This document shows, piece after piece, positions 25,301 to 39,302 of a stretch of DNA of 64,000 nt. The stretch covers positions 122,636,001 through 122,700,000 of the forward strand of contig NC_043001.1 in assembly GCF_006345805.1 (NCBI RefSeq), in the 5' to 3' direction. The notes under the pieces are model-generated. The model saw only the letters and a program-made list of their open reading frames with translations, had not been told where the DNA came from and searched no databases. The stretch's first letter is position 1. Each line of letters starts with the position of its first letter. The translations under genes and the position numbers were made by a program. Source of the stretch: Octopus sinensis (lineage: Eukaryota).

Positions 25301-26800
25301 TCAGAAGCTTATCTGCTGCTTTTCTACATTTCTTTCTTCAAATGTGAATTTGATATTTAGATGTTATCTTCATCAACATTTTAATCATTCTTGAGCTTTT
25401 TCCGTGTCAAGTGTAACAGATAAACTATGATCCGTAGTTGGCATTCTAATCCTTGATAACTAATATTCGAATGATCTACAGATGGCAGAAGAAACCTGCG
25501 TAAAGTCTAAATCTTCTCATGTTTCTAAATCCAGTTTACTGTACTATTTACGGGCATCAAGTTATCAAGTATTTTGTGCTGCTATTTAATCATTTCTGTC
25601 TGTATTTTGCCTTTTTTCTTTTATTCTTTTCTCTAAACTTTGTTTGCCTCATTCAACGATCTTAACAAGCGCCTTTGAAGAAAGCGACTGTCTCTTTGTA
25701 TTTAAAGACGTTTTGTTGTTAAATGTCATATGTAGATATTGTAATTGTCTACTTATACTTAACATTGTTATTATAAGAACATAAAGGGCCTGGATGACTT
25801 AGAGGTTTCGGGGTGAGTACCGAGCGACATTAGAACCAACTATAAGCTAAAGAATGATGAGTCAATGACTCATAAATGTTGTACTTCTCTTGTATGTTTG
25901 GTTAGGTTTGCATCATGAATAAACAAGGACTTCTGGAAGGTCATTCTAATGTTTCTACTTTGATAAAGAACGATTTCAGCTAGATATCTAGGCTGTCCCA
26001 AAAACTAACGCCCGATTTCTAGCTAAATGTGCATTCAATATTATACTCGAATTGTGAGTTACTTTTGGGACGTCCAGTAGTATGTGAATAAAATATTTCT
26101 GCTGCGGTTGCCGTTGCAATAGGTAATGCCAGATTAGATCGTCAGTTTTGATAAGATTTTATTGTTTAGCCTCGGCTCAGCCCCGATCGAGTAGACATAC
26201 TAGTATGTAATTTCTTGCAAGTCAAGAGGCAGATTTCAGTAGACATATGACTTCTTATTGAGAAAAAATTTAAGTTTGCCTAGGCATATTAATCTTCGCC
26301 TTAATTCTCATGACAACAGAAAGAAAGAAATCAAATGTAAATTCAGTCCATCTAGCCGTTGTTTAGCCCCAAGTGACCTCTGAAAAAGTTAGCCTGCATT
26401 CGATTTCTTTTTAGTATTGAATCTAGTACCACATCTAAAGTGTCCTTTCTTCTCTTGAAAGTATGGTATTTGATGGATATTTAGCTGTTATTTCAATCCG
26501 TTCGAAGGACTATAGAGCTTCTTTCGTTGAAACACACACGCTCTCTTTCTCTCAATCGACCTATAATTAATATGAATGGTGCAGTTTGCTACTCCTTTTT
26601 CAAATATAAATTAAAATAAAATCGAAGTAAATAAAAATATTCTCGTTGGAAATTAATTTATTTTCCAAATGAAATCATTTCCTCAATCCATGTTTCCGAT
26701 GCCTTTATCTCACGAATAATAATTTAGTTTAATCTTCATGAGTTTGTGGGGATAATCTACTTTGGAAAACCAAAAGACCGTTATTCTGACTGTAAATGAA
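22332..26800. repeat. Diverged ~260-bp inverted repeat pair (22332-22600 / 26541-26800) ~4 kb apart
   Basis: TTCATTTACAATCAGAATAACGGTCTTTTG... matches the reverse complement of ...CAAAAGACCGTTATTCTGACTGTAAATGAA along the whole arm. Confidence 0.85.
24300..24870 (-). mobile_element. Degenerate RTE-clade LINE RT fragment
   Basis: Minus strand encodes remnants of KSPGMD, GRGS..EKYRKQHQDLFLAFVNLSKTFD (RTE RT motifs) with stops and frameshifts. Confidence 0.65.
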
Positions 26801-27923
26801 CTTGCTATTTTTAGCAACATTAAAACGTTTTAAAATTTGTAAATAAAATTTTTTAAATGACATTGCGTAAGTGCTCCTCTTACAGACCGTGATGAAAACA
26901 GACGATACATTTTTGCAAAAATCCTTCTCAATAATCCTTCTCCAGCCTGAATAGTGCCTTCTCAATAATGAAAAAAAAACTTCATTCCATTCCCATGAAC
27001 TTTTAATTGTCTTCTTTGTGCGTCACACTTTTTTTAATGTAACTTTTTATTATTTTAATTTGATATACAGCCAGTGAAATAAAAAAAAGAAGTAAAAAAA
27101 AAGGTACTCAGGACTAACAGCAGAAAGGAGGTAAGAGGCCTGCGCCTATTGTTGATATCGCTTTCCAGAATATCTGCAGTTATTATCAGATCTTTAAGGA
27201 AATTCAATACGGTATCTATAAAGCTATTTGCACTTTAAAACAAACAAGGATTTTAATAGAAATACCATCTTAAATTATTTATGGATTATACAGGAGATGG
27301 GGCTGAGGACATGAGCTTCGCTGGCCCTCAATGACTGGTGACCTATATGGCTTTAACACTTTGTCAACTACAGGAGTTAGCGGTGACTATTAACGTTGAT
27401 ATTTTTTTATGGATAACAGTGGTTCAAAAAACATTATTCGAATTTTATGAACTGTACAGAACTCAAATATCATGAGGGCGTAAATCACCGTTGTTATCAT
27501 CATTGTAGTTCTGCCTTCCATAGAATATTTTCTGTGGAAATGGAAGCCATTTAAGCTTGTATAATACGAAATACAATCTGTAGAAAAACCATAAATAAAT
27601 AAAAAAGAAATATATAAATGGCGGTATAATAGACATTTGAACACTTTTTAACTTGTATTATCGTGAACTTCCGCAGTATAGAATGAATAATAATATTTGT
27701 TCTATACCGCGGGAGTCACCGATGATACTTATGCTGTAAAACAATGCTTTTTAAAAATGCATAATTTATAATAAAATTAGATGGCTGGTGCAAAAGAAAA
27801 TATGGCACAAAATGGACTGCTGGGTACACAAAATGATAATATTCATCTGTAATTCAATGTCTCTGGAAATTTGTAGGTAGGAGGGGATTGTTTAAGGTTA
27901 ATTTTTTGTGGAGCAAATAATTT

Positions 27924-28526
27924 TCTTTTTTCTTTATAGCCCACAAGGACTAAACATAGAGGGGACAAACAAGGACATACATTGGTATTAAGTCGATTAC
28001 ATCGACCCCAGTGCGTAACTGGTACTTAATTTATCGACCCCGAAAGGATGAAAGGCAAAGTCGACCTCGGCGGAATTTGAACTCAGAACGTAACGGCAGA
28101 CGAAATACCTATTTCTTTACTACCCACAAGGGGCTAAACACAGAAGGGACAAACAAGGACAGACAAACGGATTAAGTCGATTATATCGACCCCAGTGCGT
28201 AACTGGTACTTATTTAATCTACACCGAAAGGATGAAAGGCAAAGTCGACCTCGGCGGAATTTGAACTCAGAACGTAGCGGCAGACGAAATACCTATTTCT
28301 TTATTACCCACAAGGGGCTAAGCATAGAGGGGACAAACAAGGATAGACATAGGTATTAAGTCGATTACATCGACCCCAGTGCGTAACTGGTACTTATTTA
28401 ATCGACCCCGAAAGGTTGAAAGGCAAAGTCGACCTCGGCGGAATTAGAACTCAGAACGTAACGGCAGACGAAATAGCGTTAAGCATTTCGTCCGGCGTGC
28501 TAACGTTTCTGCCAGCACGCCGCCTT
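27924..28526 (-). mobile_element. SINE-A trimer (3 tandem ~185-bp units, one head)
   Basis: Three consecutive units. Flanking direct repeat TTGYGGAGCAAATAATTT at 27906-27923 and 28525-28542. Confidence 0.9.
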
Positions 28527-29227
28527 GCGGAGCAAATAATTTGGAGAACTGGTCAGAGTGGAGCCTAGGGAGTAAACCATTACGAAGTAATGAAAGAAGA
28601 AAAGACTAATGTTTTGTGTTGATTTGGACGTAGGTGGGATGCCAGTAGTTAATTTAGACGGATAAAGGCTGTTAGAGAGAGATACAAGAAACAGAGAGAA
28701 GATAAGACACGTCTGTGGACGACGTAAATCGATATCCTACCTCGCGGTGTATGTCTGATGGGAAAGTGTTGAGAAATCGGTCACCTAGAAATTATTCATA
28801 GGTGTAAACAAGTTCATGATCAATCAAATACAATTTAAGAAAAAAACCAAAACCTTTGTGAAAGCTTCAGAACCCGAATAAACAAAAAGAATATATGTGA
28901 AATACGAAATGAAATACCCAAGTGAGAAAATTTCCTTTTCTTTTCTGTTCTTTTACTTGTTTCAGTCATTGGAGTGGAGCCAATGCTGAAGCATCGCCCT
29001 TCAGGGTTTTTAGTCGAATAAATTGACCAATTATTCTTTACAATTTTTTATATATAAATCTGGTATTTTATTTCAGCTGTCTTTTTTACTGAACCGCTAT
29101 ATCATAAGGACGTGAATAAACCAACACCAGTTGTCAAGCGATCGTAGTTAACAAACACAGACACTAATACATACATACGTATGTATGTATGTATGTATGT
29201 ATGTATGCATACACACACACACACACA

Positions 29228-29294
<67 letters not shown>

Positions 29295-29464
29295 CAAATT
29301 GAGATAGGGGTTGTAAATGCAACCCTCCATGGGATAACATATATCCAATATACTGCTAGTGAAGTACCCAACAAGGTTAATACATAAATGTTAAGGATTG
29401 CGATGCAATCAATTCATTTACTGTATTATATGGGCAAAGGTAAAATGTTTTACCACAAATTCAT

Positions 29465-31525
29465 AATGCAAGATAAGAAAATGGAGAAATACATCTAAAT
29501 CAAATATCAATTACCAGATAATACTCAATCACATACTTTATTAAACCACCACATAAGAAACTATAGGGTTAAACATAAAAAAGTAGAGCAAAACTGTACA
29601 TAAAGGAGTATACATAAAAAAGTGTACATAAAATGTAATGTTATACAATAAGTAGAATATATATAATAGAATATAAATATAAGTAAATATAAATATAAAT
29701 ATAGAATACATCTTACAGCTGTTTCGGCCATGTAGATAAGTATGTTTCATTTTACTCATATTAGCCTTTTATGGTAGGTCAATATGTAGTTATAAATGAG
29801 ACATTTACAAAAATATCATAAGGCCTCTTCGGAGATTATGTGATATAAATCAGTCTATATATATATACCTATATGGGTGCGGGTACATACCCATAATACA
29901 TCATATACATATACATATGAGTGCATATACTCACACTCCTATACATATAAATACATACATATACATAATGATATAAATAATATAAATTAGTAAACATACA
30001 TATGTTCCACATTCAATGTTACAGTTTTTCAACTTAATATTGTGATAATAAACATACACATATTAATACTGTGAGTCAATAGTACATTATATTAATTCCT
30101 ACTAATTTCTAAAGTGTCATTAAAGTTAGCATCATTATCATTGTCAATACCATTAATGCTACCAATATCATCATTCATATTATTATTAATAACGCTAATA
30201 CTAGAAAAACAATTTATAGATTCCATTATTAGCAATATAGTCACAATAGTACTACAATACCATGTAAAGTGTTAAATATCCGCATATACATACGAAGTAT
30301 GAAGTACAAGCATTCTGTTTACACTACGCAAGGATCCATAGTTGCACATATGTACGTCCGAGTTCAAGTTTGTAATGTTCCTTATGACATAAATACCACA
30401 TTGGATTTGAATTTAAATTATCATTGTCTTCCTTACGGTTGGTCTGCCGAGAGTCGCCAAACCTCCACCACACCGCACAAGAAAAACATACACATACACA
30501 TCCAACCCTGAACCCACACATCCATACAAAAACTCACACACTCATGCACACACACATGAATACTCCCCGACACATCCACACATATTACTAAATTACAAAA
30601 TATATGTCTGTCATCGCGTGGCTTATAGATAAATCAGTGCAGGCATGGGAAGCTATAGCAGCGTCCATACATTCACACACACACTCACACGCACATCCGC
30701 ACATACCCATAAACATTAATACACTCTCATATACTGTGTCCGAGAACATTCGCACATACACATATACATACTTAAATATATATCTGCGCACTCACACGTA
30801 TAAGAAAAACCTATACTTATATCCACCCATGAATAAATATTCGCATATACATATACACATATCTAAATACGCACCTGCGTACTCATATGTACAAGAAAAA
30901 CATACACCCGTATATCCACCCATGAACATACATATACATACAAAAACATACATACACATACATACATATATGCACACACCTCGACACCTCCACCCATATT
31001 CACTAAATCACAAAATATATGTCTTCCCATCAAAGATGTATATATACATACGCAGTATATGTATATATTTATATGTAATAGTGTGAGTATATGCACTCAT
31101 ATGTATATGTATATGATGTATTATGGGTATGTACCCGCACCCATGGAGGTATATATATAGACTGATTTATATCACATAATCTCCGAAGAGGCCTTATGAT
31201 ATTTTTGTAAATGTCTCATTTATAACTACATATTGACCTACCATAAAAGGCTAATATGAGTAAAATGAGACATACTTATCTACATGGCCGAAATAGCTGT
31301 AAGATGTAATCTATACTTATATTTATATTCTCTTTTTTATATATATTCTACTTATTATACAACATTACTCTTTTATGTACACTTTTTTATGTACACTGTT
31401 TTGCTCTACTTTTTTATGTTTAACCCTATAGTTTCTTATGTGGTGGTTTAATAAAGTATGTGATTGAGTATTATCTGGTAATTGATATTTGATTTAGATG
31501 TATTTCTCCATTTTCTTATTTTGTA
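29465..31525. mobile_element. Large fold-back element: ~470-bp inverted arms (29465-29938 / 31080-31525) around a ~1.1-kb low-complexity spacer, with HHR-like folds in both arms
   Basis: Arms read directly as reverse complements. Fold ATCT-CCGAAGA-GGCC..GGCC-GAAA-CAGCTG-TA-AGAT. Confidence 0.8.
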
Positions 31526-33679
31526 TATATATATATATATATATATATGAATCTGGTTGATAGTTTCCGTCTACCAAATTCATTCACAAGACTTTTGTAG
31601 TTCCGGGACTAAAGAAGCAACTTGTCCAAGATGCCGCACTTTGAGACTGAACTCCAAACCTCGTGGATGCAAAGCGAGTTTCTTAACCACACAGACATGC
31701 TCGCGCTATGAATAAAAATTTAATGACCCAAAGATAGTAACTAGGTTTCGATTCTGGTGTAAAGCTAAATCATTTCATATATGAATGAGGATATAGAAAT
31801 TATGAATTGGGAAAACTGAACCGAGATTAACTGCCTGGAATGGCATTTTTAACAAGTATTTGGTACTACATTAAGGTAACAAGAAACTAAAATAATTCAT
31901 TAGCTTTAACCTTTTGCCTGTCCTGTGCATCACTTGATACACTGGATATATTTCCTTGGGGTTCATATATCATATATAAATATAAATAAATGCACCCTTT
32001 TAAAGCCTAGCCAGGCTCATGGGCCCGGTTTCCCGGTTTCAACGACGTATGTGTTCCCCAGCTGGACGGGACACCAGTCCATCGCAGCGTTACTGATTTT
32101 TGCCAGCTGTGTGGACGGGAGCAACGTGAAATGAAGTGTTTTGCTCAAAAACACAACGCGTCTCCCGGTCCAGGAATCGAAACCACAATCTTATGATCAT
32201 GATGCTGACAGCCTAACCACTAAGCCACGCGCCTCCACTAAATGTTCTTTCTCGAGCCATGCCATGCCCATAAGGGCCGCTTTCCCGGTTTCAGTGGCGT
32301 AGAAATTCCCAACCTGGACGGGACACCGGTCCGTCGCAGGATTACTCATTTTTGCCAGCTGAGTGGACTGGAGCAACGTGAAATGGAGTGTTTTGCTCAA
32401 GAACACAACTCGTCGCCCGGTCCAGGAATCGAAGCCACAACCTAATGATCATGATGCTGACACCCTAATCACGAAGCCACGTGCCTCCACTATATCATAT
32501 ATACTTACCCTATTTTTATCAAACACCGAAGTAACTTGGGACTTATGAAAGAAAAGCTTTAAATTACTCAGAACATATGAAAGAAGAACTAACTAAAAGC
32601 TGAAAATATGTATGAACGTTTAGGACAAACTTATCAATTTTGGACAGGAAAACAGTTAGAAACTTATGAACATGTTTCAGCGAATCATCTTCAACGACTG
32701 CGAACATTTTAATAGTGATTTGGTGTTATGGAAAGTATTTCAGAGTATATGGGTTAGCCTTAATTATATATCATTGCCAAAAAGCTTTTTACATTGTAAC
32801 CAGATGTGAAATCAACAATATTGGATTCAAATTTTGGCATGAGGCCAGCAATTTCTAGGAATGATCAAATCAATGATATCGACTCCAGTGTTCAATTAGT
32901 ACTTATTTTACTGCACCCGGAAAGGAAAAGACGACCCCAACGGAATTTGAACTCAGAACCTAAAGACAGACAATGCCGCTAGGCATTATTCCGGCGTGTT
33001 AACTATCCTACCAGCTCACCGCCTTAGCAGTGTATATATGATATTGATTTCAAATTTTGGCACAAAGCCAGCAATTTCTGGGGAGGGTATGAGTCAGTTA
33101 CATCGTCCACAGTACTCAGCAAGTTTTTATTTCATCGATAGGAGGAAAAGCAAAAATTGACCCCTGACAGAATGTGAATTCTAATCGTAAAGATTGATGA
33201 AATGTCGTTAGGCATTATTGTCTGGCGTGCTAACGATTCTGCCGGCCTGCCGCCTTAACAATATATGCGATATTAGGACGATGTAGAGGCGCAATGGCCC
33301 AGTGGTTAGGGCAGCGGACTCGCGGTCGTAGGATCGCGGTTTCGATTCCCAGACCGGGCATTGTGAGTGTTTATTGAGCGAAAACACCTAAAGCTTCACG
33401 AGGTTCCTGCAGAGGGTGGTGGTGAACCCTGCTGTACTCTTTCACCACAACTTTCTCTCACTCTTTCTTCCTGTTTCTGTTGTACCTGTATTTCAAAGGG
33501 CCAGCCTTGTCACACTCTGTGTCACGCTGAATCTCCTCGAGAACTACGTTAAGGGTACACGTGTCTGTGGAGTGCTCAGCCACTTACACGTTAATTTTAC
33601 GAGCAGGCTGTTCCGTTGATCGGATCAACCGGAACCCTCATCGTCGTAACCGACAGAGAGTTTCCCATTAGGACGATAT

Positions 33680-34078
33680 AAGGCGGCGAGCTGGCAGAAA
33701 CGTTAGCAAGCTGAGCGAAATGCTTAGCGTTATTTCGTCTGTCTTTACGTTCTGAGTTCAAATTCCGCCGAGGTCGACTTTGTCTTTCATCCTTTCAGGG
33801 TCGATTAAATAAGTACTAGTTACGTACTGGGGTCGATATAATCGACTTAATCCGTTTGTCTGTCCTTGTTTGTCCTCTCTGTGTTTAGCCCCTTGTGGGT
33901 AGTAAATAAATAGATATTTCGTCTACCTTTAGGTTCTGAGTTCAAATTCCACTCAGGTCGACTTTTTCTTTCATCCTTTTGGGGTCGATAAATTAAGTAC
34001 CAGTTGCGTACTGGGTTTGATCTAATCGACTGGCTCCCTCCACAAAAATTTCGGGCCTTGTGCCTAGTGTATAAAAGG
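33680..34078 (+). mobile_element. SINE-A dimer ending in the alternative tail T2
   Basis: Head-core-T1-core-T2 arrangement, flanked by ATTAGGACGA at 33668 and 34081. Confidence 0.85.
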
Positions 34079-35023
34079 CTATTAGGACGAGGTTTATATT
34101 TTTCACATCCCACAGAAATATGATGATATAATCTTTTTTTTTTTAATCTATGAATAAACATTTTAATATTACTTAACTGGGTGTTTTTCTCGGCTACAGC
34201 GAAGGTAACCAAAAGTAGTAAACCACAGAAGCCGATATGACGAACACTAAGGCGGAGAGCTGGCAGAAACGTTAGCACGCCGGGCGAAATGCTTAGCAGT
34301 ATTTCGTCTGCCGCTGCGTTCTGAGTTCAAATTCCGCCGAGGTCGATTTGCTTTTCATCCTTTCGGGGTCGATTAAATGAGTAACAGTTACGCACTGGAG
34401 TCGATAAAATCGACTTAATCCGTTTGTCTGTCCTTGTTTGTCCCCTCTGTGTTTAGCCTCTTGTGGGTAGTAAAGAAATAGATATGACGAACATACCATC
34501 TACAAATTATTAATAAATTATGTTAATTTCGCTTTATATCGGTAAAAATTAAATGCAAGCAGAAATTCTCGTTTCACGCCTTAATTGAATATGCAAATGA
34601 CTTAAGCAGTATTAAAGTACACTCAGTGAATTAATTTTTGTCATGTGTTTTCTAGGGCGGGCGCGCGTGTGCGTGTTTGTGCGTGCGCGTGTACGCGCAC
34701 ATATACAAAACGTAAGTTTATTTACCCACATCTGTACATGCATGTATCTGAGTGAATGTGTGCATGTACTAACACAGGCTTTACGTATAGCATGTTATAC
34801 ATTTATACACACACACATATGTATGTATGAATGTATGTATGTATGTATGTATGTATGTGCATATATAAATATTTGCATGTATGTATATATATGTAAATAT
34901 ATATGTATGTAGGTATATCAGTAATAATAAAAGGTGAAACTAATTAATTAGGGATAATTATCAATTACACCAAGTAGATTTCAGCATGTAAAAGCCCCAT
35001 TCGAGGAAAATTTAAGTAATACT

Positions 35024-35378
35024 AAGTAATTAAGGGTTTAGCAACGAATTGCCTCACCAACACACCGAATTTAGAAATAGCAGTCAAAGAGATATAGCTA
35101 TTCCTTCTACTAAAAGGGGGATCTCAGTAAAAACACAGCATTTGAAAGGCAAACACAGACAGGTAAGAAAGAAAGAATGAAATGAGGGCAATCATCATGC
35201 AATCCATCATGCAATTGCCGTCATTTCATTCTTTCTTTCTACCTGTCTGTGTTTGCCTTTCAAATGCTGTGTTTTTACTGAGATCCCCCTTTTAGTAGAA
35301 GGAATAGCTATATCTCTTTGACTGCTATTTCTAAATTCGGTGTATTGGTGAGGCAATTCGTTGCTAAACCTTAATACT
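35024..35378. repeat. Fold-back, ~165-bp arms (35024-35191 / 35212-35378) between microsatellites
   Basis: Near-perfect reverse complement, e.g. GAATTTAGAAATAGCAGTCAAAGAGATATAGC / GCTATATCTCTTTGACTGCTATTTCTAAATTC. Confidence 0.92.
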
Positions 35379-35388
35379 TGTATGTAGG

Positions 35389-35439
<51 letters not shown>

Positions 35440-35832
35440 TATAAATATATATGTTTGTATGCATGTATTTATATATATAAATATATATATATAGATATGT
35501 GGAGGCGCCTTGGCCCAGTGGTTAGGGCAACGGACTCGCGGTCATAAGATCGCGGATTCAGTTCCCAGACCGAACGCTTTGAGTGTTTATTGAGCGAAAA
35601 TACCTAAAGTTCCACGAGGCTCTGACAGGGGGGGGGGTGAACCCTGATGTACACTTTCTTCCTATTTCTTTTGTACTTGTATTTCAAAGGGCCGGTTGAA
35701 TCTCCCTGAGAACTACGTTAAGGGTACACGTGTCTGTGGAATGCTCAGCCATTTGCACGTTAATTTCACGAGCAGGCTGTTCCGTTGATCGGATCAGCTG
35801 GAATCCTCGTCGTCGTAACCGACGGAGTGCCG

Positions 35833-35870
<38 letters not shown>

Positions 35871-35886
35871 TATGTATTAGTTACTG

Positions 35887-35929
<43 letters not shown>

Positions 35930-36018
35930 ATATATATAATATATATATCATATACACATATGTATTGTATATGTGTATGGGTATATGTATGTATATGTAT
36001 ATAAAGTACATATATGCA

Positions 36019-36059
<41 letters not shown>

Positions 36060-36420
36060 ATGTATTGGTTTGTGAGATAAATTCGTTCGTTTTTTTTTAA
36101 CTTCATTCATTTTAATTCTTTTCGATGTTATTAAAATTAACACGAAAATTATTTTTATCGGTGTGTTTAAAGTTCTTTAATTTTTCTTTTCGTCTTTCTC
36201 TCCAACTTTCTTTTATAGTTTTTCAGATATTAATAAATTTTACCTTTTTCCAGACACATGACGACGAAGTACCAAGTAGAAAAAAGAAAACGAATTTATA
36301 GTGACACACTCCAACTCTCTCCCACCTCTCTCAACCCCTGTCTCTTTCTCTCTCTCTCACTTTCTATCGCTATATATTTATATATGTATACATACATACA
36401 TACATACATACATACATACA

Positions 36421-36456
<36 letters not shown>

Positions 36457-37066
36457 TATGTTCTGAGTTTCTTTTTGCTCCCATTCTTTCTCTCACTTTC
36501 TTCACCCTCCCTCATTGCTTCACTCTATCACTCTCCCTCTTTCTCTAAGATGTAATGCACGCACTTCCGCTCTGGTTCTATTTATATTATGGCAGAACTT
36601 CGGAAATATGACGAACTTACCTGGAAAAAGAGAAAATGTTCTTCCACTATTCTTTGTATTAGGAATAGACAAACTCCTTCGAGAAGCGGACCGAATGAGA
36701 CATGGCTCATCATCAGGGGAGCCACACTACTAAACATTTACAAGGTGATTTTTCGTTACGTGTGCCATGAAGAAAGTTTCGCGCTCGGCAGTTTATCTAT
36801 GACACGACTACAGTGGTGCACGAAACTTAACTTTTGGATAATAACTCTAGGGTTGTTTTAAAATATGTTTTACTTAACTGTAGATATAAATAGAGAACAG
36901 ACAATATATATTTTCCAGAGCTGCGAGGTTAAGAAACTCACTTTACTATCTCGTAGTTTCAGGTTCAGTCCCACTATGCAACACTCTAGGCAAGTGTTTT
37001 CTACCATAGTCCTGAGATGACAAGACTGTGAGTAAATGTGGTTGACAACTAAATAAAATCTAAAAG

Positions 37067-37162
<96 letters not shown>

Positions 37163-37533
37163 ATATATGTGTGTATATTGTGTATATATATAAGATATAT
37201 AAATATATATATATATAATAAATATATGTATATATATAATATATATAATAAATATATGTATAATATATGTATATATATATATGTATATATATATGTATAT
37301 ATATATATGTATATATATGTTATATATATATGTATATATATGTGTATATGTATATGTTATATATATATGTATATATATGTATATATATGTGTATATATAT
37401 GTATATATATATATGTATATATATGTTATATATATGTATATATATGTGTATATATATATATGTGTGTTTGTGTATATACATATATGTATATATATATAAT
37501 ACAAACAGGGAAAACACATCCAAACAGACGATA

Positions 37534-37930
37534 GAAAGAAAACAAGGACGGGTCATTCGGAGTTTTCTTTCCTCAGTCAAGTTCCAGATTATCTTTGCAA
37601 TTTCGGCTGGTTATACTCGAGATTGCTCCAATCTGGTCAGCCCGAAGGAAAATCTATGCTAAGAGCACTAAATTCCTTAGAAGAAAGCCGAGAATGTATA
37701 CGAAAACAAGGACAAAAAAACCGGAGGAATGGTACTTCTCCGTTTGTATCCGTTCTTGTTTCCGTATACATTCGCTGCTTTCTTCTAAGGAATCTAGGGC
37801 TCTTAGCATAGATTTTCCTTCGGGATGGCCAGATTGGAGCAGTCTCGAGTATAACAAGCCGAAACTGCAAAGATAATCTGGAACTCGACTGAGGAAAGAA
37901 AACTCCGAATAACCCGTCCTTGTTTTTTCA
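37534..37930. repeat. Fold-back, ~195-bp arms with a tiny spacer, between (TA)n and (CA)n
   Basis: Mirror ORFs on the two strands (37595-37876+ / 37637-37870-) reflect the palindrome. Confidence 0.92.
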
Positions 37931-38034
37931 TGTCCCTTTCTGTGTCATCCAAGTATCTGGATGTTTTGTTGTCGCCTGTTGCGTTCTTGTCCCATTTTTG
38001 TATTCTTTTTTATATACATATACACACGCACGCA

Positions 38035-38077
<43 letters not shown>

Positions 38078-38081
38078 TATA

Positions 38082-38151
<70 letters not shown>

Positions 38152-38720
38152 TGTACATATGTATATATATATGCAATAGATTTCTTTTACTTTCCGTCTA
38201 CCAAATTTACTCACGAGGCGTTGAGCGGTCTAAGGTTTCTGTAGAAGATACTTGCCCAAGATGCCACGGAGTGGAACTGAACTCAAAACTACACGGCTTT
38301 AAAGTTTGCTCTTTAACCACACAACCAAGCTCGTACCTATATAATCTAGGATTTCTCTATTGCTGTTCGATTTCTCCCTCTCACATAAATTTAGTTCGTC
38401 CGTCAAGCACCACCTGAAAGTATTCTAGCACTGCCAAGTTGTACCTGCTATTTTTTCTGTCTCGGCTTATTAATTTCATTTACCGCGAAAATTGTAGAAC
38501 ACATGCAAAAACAATGTAGAATTCTTAAACAAATATTTCTTCCATGGCAATCTAGCTTAAGGAATGTTATGATATCGTAGGCTATACAATAGCAGGTACA
38601 ATGCTTAAAGGCGTATAAGTATCTGTGAACATATGCATGTGTGTGAGTGAATGTGTATATGTATGTGTGTGTATGTATGTATGTATATGTATATATGTAT
38701 GTATATGTAGAAGTGAATTG

Positions 38721-38783
<63 letters not shown>

Positions 38784-39035
38784 GTATATATATATATATA
38801 TATATACACGTATATACATAAACATCTATCATATGTATGAACTGCGCTATAACTTAGAGTGTGCTTGTTTTTCGGATTTATATTTTACCGACGATATACA
38901 TACATGCATACATACATACATACATACATACATACATACATACATACATACATACATACATACATACATACATGCATACATATATACATAGTACATACTC
39001 GCACACACACACATATATATATGTGTGTGTGTGTA

Positions 39036-39267
39036 CAGGGGCGCCCAAAAGTAGGTTTGCAGTTTTCACGTAAGCACTTTAAATTTCTTTTAAAACATTT
39101 TATTACATTGAACATTATATCATACAAACTGAAAAGGGAGCTTGACAAATTTAACTAAATTAGCATAGAATAATAGTTTCATGTTTTATTATCAAGAACT
39201 AAACTGTTAAAATATGAATGCGAAAGAGAGAGCTGAATAACTGTAAACCTACTTTTGGGCCATCATG
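39036..39267. mobile_element. Tc1/mariner-type MITE (~230 bp)
   Basis: TIRs CAGGGGCGCCCAAAAGTAGGTTTGCAGTT / AACTGTAAACCTACTTTTGGGCCATCATG, flanked by TA on both sides. Confidence 0.8.

Positions 39268-39302
<35 letters not shown>

Noticed and set aside
25989-26079. Tiny mariner-like MITE (GTCCCAAAA..TTTTGGGAC)
   Set aside because: TIRs too short and degraded to call.
27924-28526. CRISPR-like regular repeats (also 47301-47375)
   Set aside because: Tandem SINE units or a minisatellite with no unique spacers, no cas genes, and eukaryotic context.
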